From: a virus
Reading direction: 5' to 3' (one strand)
Length of the DNA stretch: 58,408 nucleotides
Virus record (IMG/VR): IMGVR_UViG_3300044497_000111
Coordinates: 1 to 58,408 of that record
Notes under the pieces: generated by a model
The model's database searches: none
What the model saw: only the letters and a program-made list of their open reading frames with translations
Told to the model about the DNA's origin: nothing
Shown here: positions 32,310-41,129 of the stretch, piece by piece
Position numbering within the stretch: the first letter of the stretch is position 1
Layout of the letters: each line of letters starts with the position of its first letter
Program-made: the position numbers and the translations under genes

Positions 32310-33126
32310 ACGACACCCCCTGCAATTGACGATTCGCCGCTCGCACGAGAGCAAGCATCGACGCCAACTGATTACGTTCATGGACTTCGATGTGCGCCAA
32401 GGCTGGATACTTCCGTTTATGCAAGTAGCGTTGGCAACACTTCGGCGAGCAGAAGACTCTTCCAAGCACGCCATCGAAGGCGACTCCGCAATCCGGGCAC
32501 ACGTGCCGTACGCGTTCGGCCGTTTTGAAACTTCCCAGCGGGCGGCGTGGGACCACTTGATCGAGTCGCGTTCGAATGGCGTGAGCAAGTTCCCGTTGAA
32601 TCGTTCTCTCCACATCGCGCATTCTGTTTTGCGTTTCGCGTTCCTTTGCGGTGGCTTTTCTCTTTTCGGCACCTTCGCGTTTTTGCCACGCGAAGCCACA
32701 CGACCGCGAACAGAACCGCTGCGCGTCTCGGTTACCGTGCCGTGGACGATTGAACGGCTGACTGCACTCTTCACAGACACGAGAACGGCGGGCGTCATCG
32801 TCGCGCATGCGGCACTCAAAGCACTGTCTCGCTGTTGGCGATTTCTTGTTGCCACAGGCGCACGGCCGCCCGTCGTACTTGCGGCGGATTGCTTCATAAC
32901 AGTGCTGACAACGACGTGCCTTTTTCCATTTCTCACGTCCACACGCGCACCGGTCGCGGGCCGATGCACGTCGTTGCCACTCTGGCGGCGGACGATGTCC
33001 TTGCGACTGACAGACGCAACAACAAAACGACCACTTGTTCATCTCGCGTCCGCAGCGGCACGACACGACGTACCGCAGGCGTCCCGCCATATCACGCGGA
33101 CCAGATGTGGACTTTCGGCCGCGCAT
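32296..33126 (-). CDS. Multi-zinc-ribbon (Cys-rich) protein
   Basis: At least 7 CxxC/CxC pairs, twice followed by FCS..C (FCSRSCGFAWQ, FCSPKCCQRY). The region is visibly AT-richer than its neighbours. Confidence 0.55.
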   Translation of the reverse strand: MRGRKSTSGPRDMAGRLRYVVSCRCGREMNKWSFCCCVCQSQGHRPPPEWQRRASARDRCACGREKWKKARRCQHCYEAIRRKYDGRPCACGNKKSPTARQCFECRMRDDDARRSRVCEECSQPFNRPRHGNRDAQRFCSRSCGFAWQKREGAEKRKATAKERETQNRMRDVERTIQRELAHAIRTRLDQVVPRRPLGSFKTAERVRHVCPDCGVAFDGVLGRVFCSPKCCQRYLHKRKYPALAHIEVHERNQLASMLALVRAANRQLQGVSYGSR

Positions 33127-33130
33127 GGGC

Positions 33131-33454
33131 TTACTTCGCGACCTTCAACGCCACGACCTCGCCAGCCTCGGTGGTATCCGGCAACAGTCCGGCACCCTTC
33201 GCGATCTCCAGTGTTTGTTCCGGGCCGACGCCCGTCTGACGCATCGCGATCAACATCATGCTGACCATGTTGTTGTAGCTCGCCCGCAGCCGCGAATAGC
33301 CACCGATGGTGCCGATGGCAATTTGCACTCGTCGATAGCGGTCTGGATCTTTGCCACGGTACGTGCCGAGAAACTCTTTGATTTCCTTGGCGGCGCTCAG
33401 GGCCGCTTCCGCGAGTGCCTCGTGTAATGCTGCTTCTGTCGTCGTCCGTTTCAT
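33131..33454 (-). CDS. Hypothetical protein
   Basis: 107-aa ORF with a 4-nt overlap to the downstream gene. Confidence 0.5.
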   Translation of the reverse strand: MKRTTTEAALHEALAEAALSAAKEIKEFLGTYRGKDPDRYRRVQIAIGTIGGYSRLRASYNNMVSMMLIAMRQTGVGPEQTLEIAKGAGLLPDTTEAGEVVALKVAK

Positions 33455-34017
33455 CGTCCCTCTCCTTTCACTGTGACTTCGTCGTCGTCGAACATCGGCG
33501 CCGGACGCGATGGCGTGTCATCGTCAGGCTCGAAGTCGTCCGCATCATCCGGGAACAAGCCGGGCTCGGCCGCTTCGCAACTGACAAACCGCTGTCCCAG
33601 TAGCCAGTCCTGCAGATATTCCAATTCAATTTTGTCGACGGGGCCGAAGCTGACCTTCATCACGAACGCGTATCCGGCGGCATCTTTTTGCGTTCTGGCA
33701 TACGTGCTGGCGATCTTCACTTGGTCGAACAGAATCGACGGCTTCGTCGTGTCTGGCGCCGCGAAGACGGTAAACTGCTGACGCGGCACGCCGAGCGTGA
33801 AGTCGACCCGTTTGATGTGCGTATGCGGGTCCGGGTGGTTCAATTTGAACAACGACCGGCGCACGGCCTGTTGGACAGCCGTCGCCAACGTGGCATCGAA
33901 CGGCTGCACCCGCAATGTGAGCGTGACGATCTTCACTTCGTCGCCGCTGCGCGTTTCGGTGCCGTGGGTGACCTGGTCGAGAAACATGCCGACTTTGCCG
34001 ACTTCGAATAGCTTCAT
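33451..34017 (-). CDS. Hypothetical protein with acidic C-terminus
   Basis: MKLFEVGKVGMFLDQV...PDDADDFEPDDD...FDDDEV. Only the last 188 codons of track ORF 33451..34389. Confidence 0.5.
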   Translation of the reverse strand: MKLFEVGKVGMFLDQVTHGTETRSGDEVKIVTLTLRVQPFDATLATAVQQAVRRSLFKLNHPDPHTHIKRVDFTLGVPRQQFTVFAAPDTTKPSILFDQVKIASTYARTQKDAAGYAFVMKVSFGPVDKIELEYLQDWLLGQRFVSCEAAEPGLFPDDADDFEPDDDTPSRPAPMFDDDEVTVKGEGR

Positions 34018-34202
34018 GCGCCCTCCTGTTGTTTCCGTCTCGTCACCTTCCGGTCGTGTTCGTCGGCATGTAACGCCTCGGTGTGTTCGATGCACAGGCG
34101 CCGCAGAAACCGGGCGACTTCCAAGGGGTCGTCGCCGGTATGCCGCGCCGACCATTCGCAGTACTCGCATCGAGCCGTTGCCGAGACGCGTTGTCCTTTC
34201 AT
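34014..34202 (-). CDS. Hypothetical small protein
   Basis: MKGQRVSATARCEYCEWSARH.... ATGA overlaps on both sides. Confidence 0.45.
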   Translation of the reverse strand: MKGQRVSATARCEYCEWSARHTGDDPLEVARFLRRLCIEHTEALHADEHDRKVTRRKQQEGA

Positions 34203-34438
34203 CGGTCGAGTCTCGGGAACGATTGCCCACACCAGCGACACCGCCAGAACGGATCGGTCCGCGCATTCGAGCGTTCGTGGAAGGCGTCACCCTTGAAGCC
34301 GCGCCAGCCACTACACCAGCCGTCCCACGTATTCGTGCGCGGGCGCGGCGGCGGTTCGTTCGGCCGCCGGTTGATGTCGGCCAGATCACTCCGCAGGTCG
34401 GCGGCTTGCTTCGCTCGGCGCGTGTCGCCCTTGCTCAT
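34199..34438 (-). CDS. Hypothetical Trp/Cys-rich small protein
   Basis: MSKGDTRRAKQAADL...WDGWCSGWRGF...WRCRWCGQSF. ATGA overlaps on both sides. The rest of track ORF 34199..34867 is Arg-rich shadow frame. Confidence 0.45.
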   Translation of the reverse strand: MSKGDTRRAKQAADLRSDLADINRRPNEPPPRPRTNTWDGWCSGWRGFKGDAFHERSNARTDPFWRCRWCGQSFPRLDR

Positions 34439-34830
34439 TTGCCGAGCTTCCCTCCGACGCCGAATGGGAACATCGGCCGCTCGCCGGTCCACGCGAGCGC
34501 GGCGGTGATGGTCTCGACCGCCGTGCCGTCCTTGACCTGCCGCTCGGTGAAGCGCAACAGCCGCCAGCCGAGTAACACAGCGGCGTTGTATTTCTCGCTG
34601 TCGTCGCTGAAGCCCGCGCCTCGGGTGTGACGCCCTTTCCCGAAGATGGCGCCTTCGAATTCGGCCGCGACCGCCTGTTCCAGCCACGCGAAATCGAAGC
34701 GCCACTTCCGCGTCGGGTGAAAGGGGAACTCTCGCGCCGGGTCCGGCAGATGCGCGGCGAGAATCTGCCGGTGGAGTCGTTCTTCCCACGGCGAACTCTT
34801 GCGACGGCGGGGCGTGCGAAGAATCAGCAT
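34435..34830 (-). CDS. Small PD-(D/E)XK-type (Vsr/DUF559-like) endonuclease
   Basis: ...RKWRFDFAW...AAEFEGAIFGKGRHTR...EKYNAAVLLGWRLLRFT..QV. Confidence 0.45.
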   Translation of the reverse strand: MLILRTPRRRKSSPWEERLHRQILAAHLPDPAREFPFHPTRKWRFDFAWLEQAVAAEFEGAIFGKGRHTRGAGFSDDSEKYNAAVLLGWRLLRFTERQVKDGTAVETITAALAWTGERPMFPFGVGGKLGK

Positions 34831-35075
34831 CAGGCCTTCGTCGACCGCTTGCGCCACTGCTGCGCATCTGGACACGTGGCGAAGTGACTCGTCGTCTGCG
34901 TCATGTCGACGCAATCGAAATCGAAGAGGGGGGAATCGGTGCCGTCCACCGGCAGCAGCACAATCGGCCGATTGAAGGGCATCGCCTTGCCGCTGTCGGC
35001 GAGCTTCGCCCATTCGATGGGCGCGTCACATGACCGGCAATGCCCGAGCGCACGCGACCGATGCAGAATCAGCAT
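34830..35075 (-). CDS. Hypothetical Zn-binding-type protein
   Basis: ...CRSCDAPIEWAKL...GKAMPFN...HFATCPD. Confidence 0.45.
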   Translation of the reverse strand: MLILHRSRALGHCRSCDAPIEWAKLADSGKAMPFNRPIVLLPVDGTDSPLFDFDCVDMTQTTSHFATCPDAQQWRKRSTKA

Positions 35076-35740
35076 GGCAAGTGCTGCTCCACCGCCACGC
35101 GCCGCCGGACGAGCTCGGCTCGTGCGAGGTCGCGATCCTTCTGATGTATTTCCCGGTCGCAGGCCGCCAATAACAACGGCAGGCCGGTCTCGATGGATTC
35201 GAGAATCTCGGCCCGTGTCGCGAGGCGCCCTTCGCGGTACCACGCGACGGCGGTCGGGTCGCCGAGCTCAATCAACGGGCGCCCGTTGTGATCACGGTGG
35301 ACGTGATAGGTCTTCGTCGTCCAGAGCAACGTGACGCCGGGATTGCGTGGAATCATTTCGCCCGCGACCTGTTTCATGCCCTCGATGCTGAAGTCGTCTT
35401 CACGGCGGACCATCGTCGGCCGCGACAGGAAGGGGCAATTGTTCGCCGACCACGTCGCGCAGTCGGTGTGGTTCGGCGGCTCGCTCGTGGTCCGATTGAT
35501 CGCGCACATCGGGCCGATCACGAACGTGCGATGGCGCCCCAGAATGCCGCCGCACACCCAGCACAGCGACTCTTGAATCGCTCGCTTCCATTTCTTCGGG
35601 TCCATCGCCCGGAATTCGGGCTTGCCGTCGACCCAGTCGACGAACCACGGCACCACATACCCACGGTCAATCGGCAAGCGGCGCATCCGGTCCGGCATTC
35701 CGGCGAGGTCGAGCTCAGGGCGCAGTGTCGTCGTCGTCAT
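35069..35740 (-). CDS. Hypothetical conserved protein
   Basis: 223-aa ORF (...CWVCGGILG...CATWSANNCPF...). TGATG junction with the upstream gene. Confidence 0.55.
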   Translation of the reverse strand: MTTTTLRPELDLAGMPDRMRRLPIDRGYVVPWFVDWVDGKPEFRAMDPKKWKRAIQESLCWVCGGILGRHRTFVIGPMCAINRTTSEPPNHTDCATWSANNCPFLSRPTMVRREDDFSIEGMKQVAGEMIPRNPGVTLLWTTKTYHVHRDHNGRPLIELGDPTAVAWYREGRLATRAEILESIETGLPLLLAACDREIHQKDRDLARAELVRRRVAVEQHLPC

Positions 35741-36057
35741 CAGGCATCTCCGTCGTCGAAGGGCAACTTGTTCACGCGTCCACCTGGCCGCGTGTCCGAG
35801 CGGCGAGACAGGCGAGGGTCTTCGTTGATGTATTTGAGCGGCGTGAATCCGCCGAGCGTCGTCGATGTCGGCGCGGCCGACGATGGTCGACTCGAGAGTC
35901 GCGCCAGCAAATCGGCGCAGGCCTGACAGAGCGACCCGCGTACGAGCGGCGTCTCGGCGGCGCAGTAACTACAGCCGGGCGGGTCGAATTGTCTCGGCGC
36001 CCGGTCGGCGTAGCCCTGCAATTGGCTCACAAGAATTTGCCGGATCTCCGACTCCAT
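35740..36057 (-). CDS. Hypothetical protein
   Basis: MESEIRQILVSQLQGYADR...CSYCAAE...CQAC. Confidence 0.45.
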   Translation of the reverse strand: MESEIRQILVSQLQGYADRAPRQFDPPGCSYCAAETPLVRGSLCQACADLLARLSSRPSSAAPTSTTLGGFTPLKYINEDPRLSRRSDTRPGGRVNKLPFDDGDA

Positions 36058-36299
36058 CTGCGTGCCGTCTCCTTCAGTTTCGGATTCCACGTACCGTCCT
36101 TCATGCGCCGCTGCGCAATCGCCGATTCGAGTGCGCCTTGGAGTTGGCGACTGTACGTCCACGTAAAGTGCAGGGCCGCGACCCGGTCCTTGAGCGCGTC
36201 GGATAGATCGGGGTCATTGATCAACGCGGGTCGTTCATCGAGCAACGTGTGCGCGATCTTGACGAGCTGACGATGGGTCGCCTGTTCAATCGGTCTCAC
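36027..36299 (-). CDS. Hypothetical protein
   Basis: GTG 36299 forms a GTGA overlap with the upstream stop. VRPIEQATHRQLVKIAHTLLDERPAL... Confidence 0.45.
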   Translation of the reverse strand: MRPIEQATHRQLVKIAHTLLDERPALINDPDLSDALKDRVAALHFTWTYSRQLQGALESAIAQRRMKDGTWNPKLKETARRWSRRSGKFL

Positions 36300-36691
36300 T
36301 GTTTCGTCACCTTTCGGCGCACGAAGCCCGACTTCAGGCCGCCGTTCCGACCCGCCTGCGCCCGGACGGCATGCAACCGTTCGCGGTTTTCCTGTACGCG
36401 CTTGGCGGTGAAGTTGTGATCGTGAAAGTCGTGGATGACAAACCCGCCATCGGCTTTTTCCCACAGTCCGGCTTTCACAAGCGCATCGGCGACCTTGATC
36501 GGCTGGTCGAAGTGCGGCCATTTCTTCACAACCGACAGCGGCAAATGGCCGTCGGTGAGATGTTTGTTTGTCCACATCAGACCGAGCGAGACCATGCCGA
36601 GCACCATGCCCGGCCCGTCCTTGCCGAGCAGGTCGCCCGCGATGAACACTTTTCGGTGATCGAGCAAGCCGTCGTCGAGTCGTGACCACAT
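36296..36691 (-). CDS. Conserved phage protein (winged-helix-like; replication/organiser-type context)
   Basis: GAGGA SD before ATG 36691. MWSRLDDGLLDHRKV...LVKAGLWEKADGGFVIHDFHDHN. Confidence 0.5.
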   Translation of the reverse strand: MWSRLDDGLLDHRKVFIAGDLLGKDGPGMVLGMVSLGLMWTNKHLTDGHLPLSVVKKWPHFDQPIKVADALVKAGLWEKADGGFVIHDFHDHNFTAKRVQENRERLHAVRAQAGRNGGLKSGFVRRKVTKQ

Positions 36692-36693
36692 CG

Positions 36694-36894
36694 CTATCCT
36701 CGGGGACGCCCACGGGTAAATGGCAACACACGGGCGCCACCTTCGAGCTCGCGTAAACGCGGCAGGATGTCGCCGGGTAAGAGGTCGTACTCTCGAGATT
36801 CGTGCCGCCGCAGCGCCCAGTTCTCGCGGCAGAGCCGCACGAACTCGCCGACCGCCGCAACCCACCGGCCGCTCAGGCGCACTACGACGACCAC
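36694..36894 (-). CDS. Hypothetical small protein
   Basis: 66-aa ORF filling the gap between two coupled genes. Start (GTG 36894 or 36882) uncertain. Confidence 0.35.
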   Translation of the reverse strand: MVVVVRLSGRWVAAVGEFVRLCRENWALRRHESREYDLLPGDILPRLRELEGGARVLPFTRGRPRG

Positions 36895-37898
36895 TTGATG
36901 TCCTCGGCAGTGACGACGTCGGCGGCCTTCGTCGTCTTCGTCGTGAATTTTTTCAGGCGCTCTTCGTAGATCGCCCGGATGGTGTCGAGCACGGCGGGCA
37001 GCATGGTGCCCTTCGCCTTCGACAATTCCTTGCCGACGATCTGTAATTCGGTTTTCGTCTTCGCGTCGGCGATGCGGGCGGGCCAGTCGATGACATCTTC
37101 GACGAGCCTGTCTGGGTCTTTCGCGAACGCTGCCGCCGCCGCGACCGACCCACCCCGTGCCCAGGCCGCGAGTCGTTCGCCCGCCGCTTCGGTAATCGGC
37201 GCATTCGCCGGGAAGAATTCGCGATGTTGTTCCTGCAGTTTGATCGCCTGCGGCACGCCCGGCTTGTCGGGCATCAGCAGGAAGCTCGCGGTCAGCTCAT
37301 AGGGCAGATTCTTTTCGCAGATTGGAATCCAGCCGTGCAGGCCGGTGAGCGATTGCTTCTCGACGATCTCCATCTTGCCGTCGGTGCCTCGTCGCATCTC
37401 GACCTTGGGCTCCGCCCGAAAACAGAGAATCAAATGGGCGCGAATCTGCAGCAGGCGTTGCACCATTTGCTTGTGGCCCATCTTTGGCTGTATCCACGCG
37501 GCCATCTTCACGGCTTCGCGTTTCTTCCAGTCGGTGCCCGCCATACGGTCGAGCTCGTCCTCGTGCCAGTCGAGAATGCCGCCTTCGCCCGCCCATTCGT
37601 GACTGGCGCTATCGACGACGATGACCGGGTACTTGGCGTCGTCGGCCGCCTTGATGGCGTCGGCGTACGCACTCGGGCGAAACGGGGGCTGCAGATCGCC
37701 GTGGTCGAAGGCGAACAGGTCGGCGTAGTGCTGCGCCCGACCGGCTTCGGTGTCGATGACGCAGAATTTGTTGCCACCGGCGAGCCCTTTGGCGAGACGC
37801 ATCGCCGAGTACGTCTTGCCGCTGCCGGTGCCGCCCGACAGGCCGACTAATAGGCTGACGCGTTCGCGCTTCGCAGGGCGGAATTCGAACTTGCTCAT
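36882..37898 (-). CDS. AAA_24 / Sak4-like RecA-fold ATPase
   Basis: Walker A LLVGLSGGTGSGKTYSA and Walker B PVIVVDSASHEW. Its size and context next to an exonuclease fit this family. Confidence 0.6.
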   Translation of the reverse strand: MSKFEFRPAKRERVSLLVGLSGGTGSGKTYSAMRLAKGLAGGNKFCVIDTEAGRAQHYADLFAFDHGDLQPPFRPSAYADAIKAADDAKYPVIVVDSASHEWAGEGGILDWHEDELDRMAGTDWKKREAVKMAAWIQPKMGHKQMVQRLLQIRAHLILCFRAEPKVEMRRGTDGKMEIVEKQSLTGLHGWIPICEKNLPYELTASFLLMPDKPGVPQAIKLQEQHREFFPANAPITEAAGERLAAWARGGSVAAAAAFAKDPDRLVEDVIDWPARIADAKTKTELQIVGKELSKAKGTMLPAVLDTIRAIYEERLKKFTTKTTKAADVVTAEDIKWSS

Positions 37899-38323
37899 GC
37901 AAATTCGCCTTCAGTTAGGGACGGGAGCTCCGGCGCAAGACCGAATTTGTCCTTACACCACCGATGCAAACGCAAGACCTCTTGGACGTCGTTGGCGATA
38001 CCAGCCCACTCGCGCAAGATCAACGTCTCGGCTTGGTCGTAGGTGAACAAGTCCAATTGCTTCCATTCGCCTGCGTCTTCGTCGGCACTGAGCGGCTTCG
38101 CGAACGGCAGTCGGTCTTCCGTTTTTCCCTTCAAGGCCTGTCGACATAATTCCGTCAGCCCTCGGCGTTGACATACAGCAAGCACGTCGTCCGGTATGAC
38201 GCCACGAGCGACCGCTTCATCGGCGAGAACACGCGGCGGCATCGAGCCGCCCAATTGCTGAAATAAATCACGCAGACGCTTCATCACGGCCGTTCGTTGC
38301 AGGGGAATTAGTTCGTCTTGCAT
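37895..38323 (-). CDS. Hypothetical protein
   Basis: AGGAGG SD before ATG 38323. 142 aa. Confidence 0.5.
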   Translation of the reverse strand: MQDELIPLQRTAVMKRLRDLFQQLGGSMPPRVLADEAVARGVIPDDVLAVCQRRGLTELCRQALKGKTEDRLPFAKPLSADEDAGEWKQLDLFTYDQAETLILREWAGIANDVQEVLRLHRWCKDKFGLAPELPSLTEGEFA

Positions 38324-39275
38324 GCGCGTTCGCCTCCTGAAAGTCGGTGTAGACGCGAGTCGTGGTGGCCGAAAGGTTTTCAATTAGTGGCTTGAACGCC
38401 GCCGTACGGCACGCTTTGACAGCGCGACGAAGCGCATTTTCTGCATCGCCCAACAACGTCAGTCCGGGGTCGACGGGGGCTGGCACGGCGGCGGCACGAG
38501 TGAGCGCGGTTCGGCGGGTCACATCATCATCAGACTTGGCCTGCTCGAACAACGAACGACGTTCGTCGGTATTCATGTTGATCACGTTTTTCAGCATGCC
38601 GATGGCCGTCTTCGGCGGGATGGCGTCTTGATCTAAAAGGGCGGCAACCTGCGACCGGTCGCGTGATGGAAGTTTTTCCAATTCAACGCCAGCCTCGAGA
38701 ACACTGTGCTGCACCCAGCCGGTACGCTGCATAAACGGGAACTGCTCGGCGAGCGCGACGTGCCGCTCGACGCGCACTTGCTCGGCAGGCGAGATGCCAG
38801 TTTGCTCGGCTACGTCACGCTTCGATCCAGCTTTCGTGCCTTTCGGACGTCCCTCTCGTCGCCCTCGTTTTGAGTTTTCGTTTCGGGTTGAAACAGAAAC
38901 GGCGTCCTCTTTTGCCTTCGCTTTCAGGTCCGCCTCGGCTTGTCGAATCTGCGCAAGTCGCTGTTTACTTGCGGCGAAGTCGGAGAGCGCCTCTCGGATG
39001 GTGTTCTCTTCGAGCTCGATGGCGCGGAGTTCGTCATCGGTCAATCGCTCGACCTGTCGCGCCGGAATCGTTTTCCAATTGAGCGCCCTGCACGCCTCTA
39101 AGCGGCGATGTCCGGCAACGAGCACATCGCCGCGCAGCAGAATGGGATGAATCAGCCCGTGGTCACTGATGCTTTTTTTGAGACTCTGTAGTCGCCCGAG
39201 CGATTGACGACGACGCTCGCCGACGACGACGCGTTGAATGGGCACCTGCGTAACGGCGGCTGTGGATACGCTCAC
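38268..39275 (-). CDS. ParB-like nuclease-domain protein (paralogue 2) with HTH-like centre
   Basis: ...LKKSISDHGLIHPILLRGDVLVAGHRRLEACRALNWKTIPARQV... (ParBc, GHRR). Later ...RDVAEQTGISPAEQVRVE.... GTG 39275 forms a GTGA overlap with the upstream stop. Confidence 0.7.
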   Translation of the reverse strand: MSVSTAAVTQVPIQRVVVGERRRQSLGRLQSLKKSISDHGLIHPILLRGDVLVAGHRRLEACRALNWKTIPARQVERLTDDELRAIELEENTIREALSDFAASKQRLAQIRQAEADLKAKAKEDAVSVSTRNENSKRGRREGRPKGTKAGSKRDVAEQTGISPAEQVRVERHVALAEQFPFMQRTGWVQHSVLEAGVELEKLPSRDRSQVAALLDQDAIPPKTAIGMLKNVINMNTDERRSLFEQAKSDDDVTRRTALTRAAAVPAPVDPGLTLLGDAENALRRAVKACRTAAFKPLIENLSATTTRVYTDFQEANAHARRTNSPATNGRDEASA

Positions 39276-39775
39276 TGCGCCAACTCCCTCGCCACGGGCT
39301 CGTGGCACAACAATTCGACCGCGTGCAACGCCGTCTGCGGAACCATGAAGCACGGCGGCCGACCATTGGGTGCCCGCCGCCACTCTTCCTCTTTCGCCTC
39401 GTAGCCGAACACCCAGCCGCGAACCACGAATGTCGGCACTGCGCCGGTGACCAACACGAATCGGTGATCGTTGGCGTCGGTCGGTCGCACAATCAGATGC
39501 GCGTCCGCGCCCTTCGCGTAGCGGACTTGGATGCCGCCCTTCACGTCGTCGCCGTCGAACGTCTCGAGACTGCCGCACCAGAATCGGTTCGTCGCCTTGG
39601 CAACGGCCATCTCCGCTGCCGCGCCCTCGATGTCGGTCGCCCACACGTCAATGAGCGACGTCGCGAGTCCATGCGCATCGGCCCGCGCTGCTCGACGGCT
39701 GCGCGTGTATCGGCGAACGCCCAAGAGCGCCGCCTGTTCGACTTCGTCCCACGTCAAGCGCACAGTGACGACCAT
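39272..39775 (-). CDS. Hypothetical conserved protein
   Basis: 167-aa ORF. TAAATG junction upstream. Confidence 0.5.
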   Translation of the reverse strand: MVVTVRLTWDEVEQAALLGVRRYTRSRRAARADAHGLATSLIDVWATDIEGAAAEMAVAKATNRFWCGSLETFDGDDVKGGIQVRYAKGADAHLIVRPTDANDHRFVLVTGAVPTFVVRGWVFGYEAKEEEWRRAPNGRPPCFMVPQTALHAVELLCHEPVARELAQ

Positions 39776-39958
39776 TTACTTCGCGACGTCGAGGATGGTG
39801 CTCTGCCCGGTGATGCCCTGCGCCGCGATACGGCGCACACGTGGCGGCGCGGCGGTTTTCTTCTCCTGCGCCGCCCGCAATTTCAGAATCGCCAAGTCGA
39901 TGACCTGCCGTTCCGCTTCCAATTTCTCAATGGCTTTGTCGATGGCGTTTTTCTTCAC
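39776..39958 (-). CDS. Hypothetical coiled-coil protein
   Basis: AGGGGAGAC SD, then GTG 39958 (GTGA overlap). VKKNAIDKAIEKLEAERQ... Confidence 0.45.
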   Translation of the reverse strand: MKKNAIDKAIEKLEAERQVIDLAILKLRAAQEKKTAAPPRVRRIAAQGITGQSTILDVAK

Positions 39959-40173
39959 AACGTCTCCCCTTTCGAGAGTGCCCACCACGCGTAGAGCGCG
40001 GCGAGTTCGTAACTCAGGCGTTCACGTTCGACCCAATCTGCCGTCGCCTGTGCGGCCGGGTCGTCGTCGAATCGGTGGTCGTCGATGATGTCGTCGGCCT
40101 TGACGATCTCCGTCAGGTACGGATCGCCGTTGTCGACGCACTCCGCTTCGGGAAACATTTCGTCGCGTGTCAT
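39955..40173 (-). CDS. Hypothetical acidic protein
   Basis: MTRDEMFPEAECVDNGDPYL.... ATGA overlap with the exonuclease stop. Confidence 0.45.
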   Translation of the reverse strand: MTRDEMFPEAECVDNGDPYLTEIVKADDIIDDHRFDDDPAAQATADWVERERLSYELAALYAWWALSKGETL

Positions 40174-41087
40174 CGCGGCGCCAATTCCTTTTCGAGCCAC
40201 CACGTCTCATGCCACGGCGGCAAGGTGGCGTAACAGGTACGGCGTGGATAGCCGCGCCAATCGTTTTTCTTCATCGAGTGCGCCCACACGTCGAGCGCGT
40301 ACAGGCATTTCTTTTCGGCGATGGTCATCGCGGCAGGCCCGAGCGTGATGACCGACAACGCGTACGGCGGGAAGGTTTCCTGCACGGCGAAACGGAAGGT
40401 GGCGTCGACCGCCGGAAAGAGCGCCTTCAGGCCGCGCAGGTAGAACGCGCACTGCAGATCGAACGCGCACGAAAACATCGTGCGGGTCCACTCGTCAGGA
40501 TTCGCGCTCGCGCCAGTCGACTTGTAATCGTCGATGGCCCAGCCCGGCACCTGTGTCACGACCGGGCGGAGCCAGTCGAGGCGGGCACGGCACCATAGGC
40601 CGCCGAATTCGTCGTCGCGCCAGACGAGCGTGCGTTCCGGTTCGCCGGCCGTGAACATCGCGGCGCCGCCGTCCTTGTGCCGCGCCAATTGCTCGCGGGC
40701 GGCACCCACCATCGCCTCGACGTCCGCCCAGGTCTTGCGCAAGAGCGGCGTTTTTCCGGCGGCGCGGGCTTGGTCGCGAGCGTCCTTCGACGCGTTCGTC
40801 CGCCAGTCTGGGTAGTCGAGCACCGCCACGCCGCTGTCGCCCTCCAGCAGGAGCGCATGCGCCGCCGTACCGAGGTCGAAGTGATCGCCGTTCTCGGCCT
40901 TCGCGTTCGGGTTCAGGCGCGGGTGTTCGTGACGGGCATGCGCGGCCGACGACTGGATGATCAGCTTCGCAATCGAACTCGACAACGACGGCTGCGGGCA
41001 GGGGTCGGCGTGATAGGTCGCCGCAGGCATGGCGTAGATGCCGGGCTCGGTCACAACAACTGGCACGTCGCTCTGCGTTGAATGCAC
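40170..41087 (-). CDS. PD-(D/E)XK exonuclease (Cas4/RecB-like phage exonuclease)
   Basis: ...GIYAMPAATYHAD...SLSSSIAKLI...FDLGTAAHALLLEG...WAIDDYKST.... GAAGGAGACC SD before the GTG start. Confidence 0.6.
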   Translation of the reverse strand: MHSTQSDVPVVVTEPGIYAMPAATYHADPCPQPSLSSSIAKLIIQSSAAHARHEHPRLNPNAKAENGDHFDLGTAAHALLLEGDSGVAVLDYPDWRTNASKDARDQARAAGKTPLLRKTWADVEAMVGAAREQLARHKDGGAAMFTAGEPERTLVWRDDEFGGLWCRARLDWLRPVVTQVPGWAIDDYKSTGASANPDEWTRTMFSCAFDLQCAFYLRGLKALFPAVDATFRFAVQETFPPYALSVITLGPAAMTIAEKKCLYALDVWAHSMKKNDWRGYPRRTCYATLPPWHETWWLEKELAPR

Positions 41088-41129
41088 TGCCGGTCTCCTT
41101 CGTCGGGGAATTGTTCGTGCCGCCGCCGG

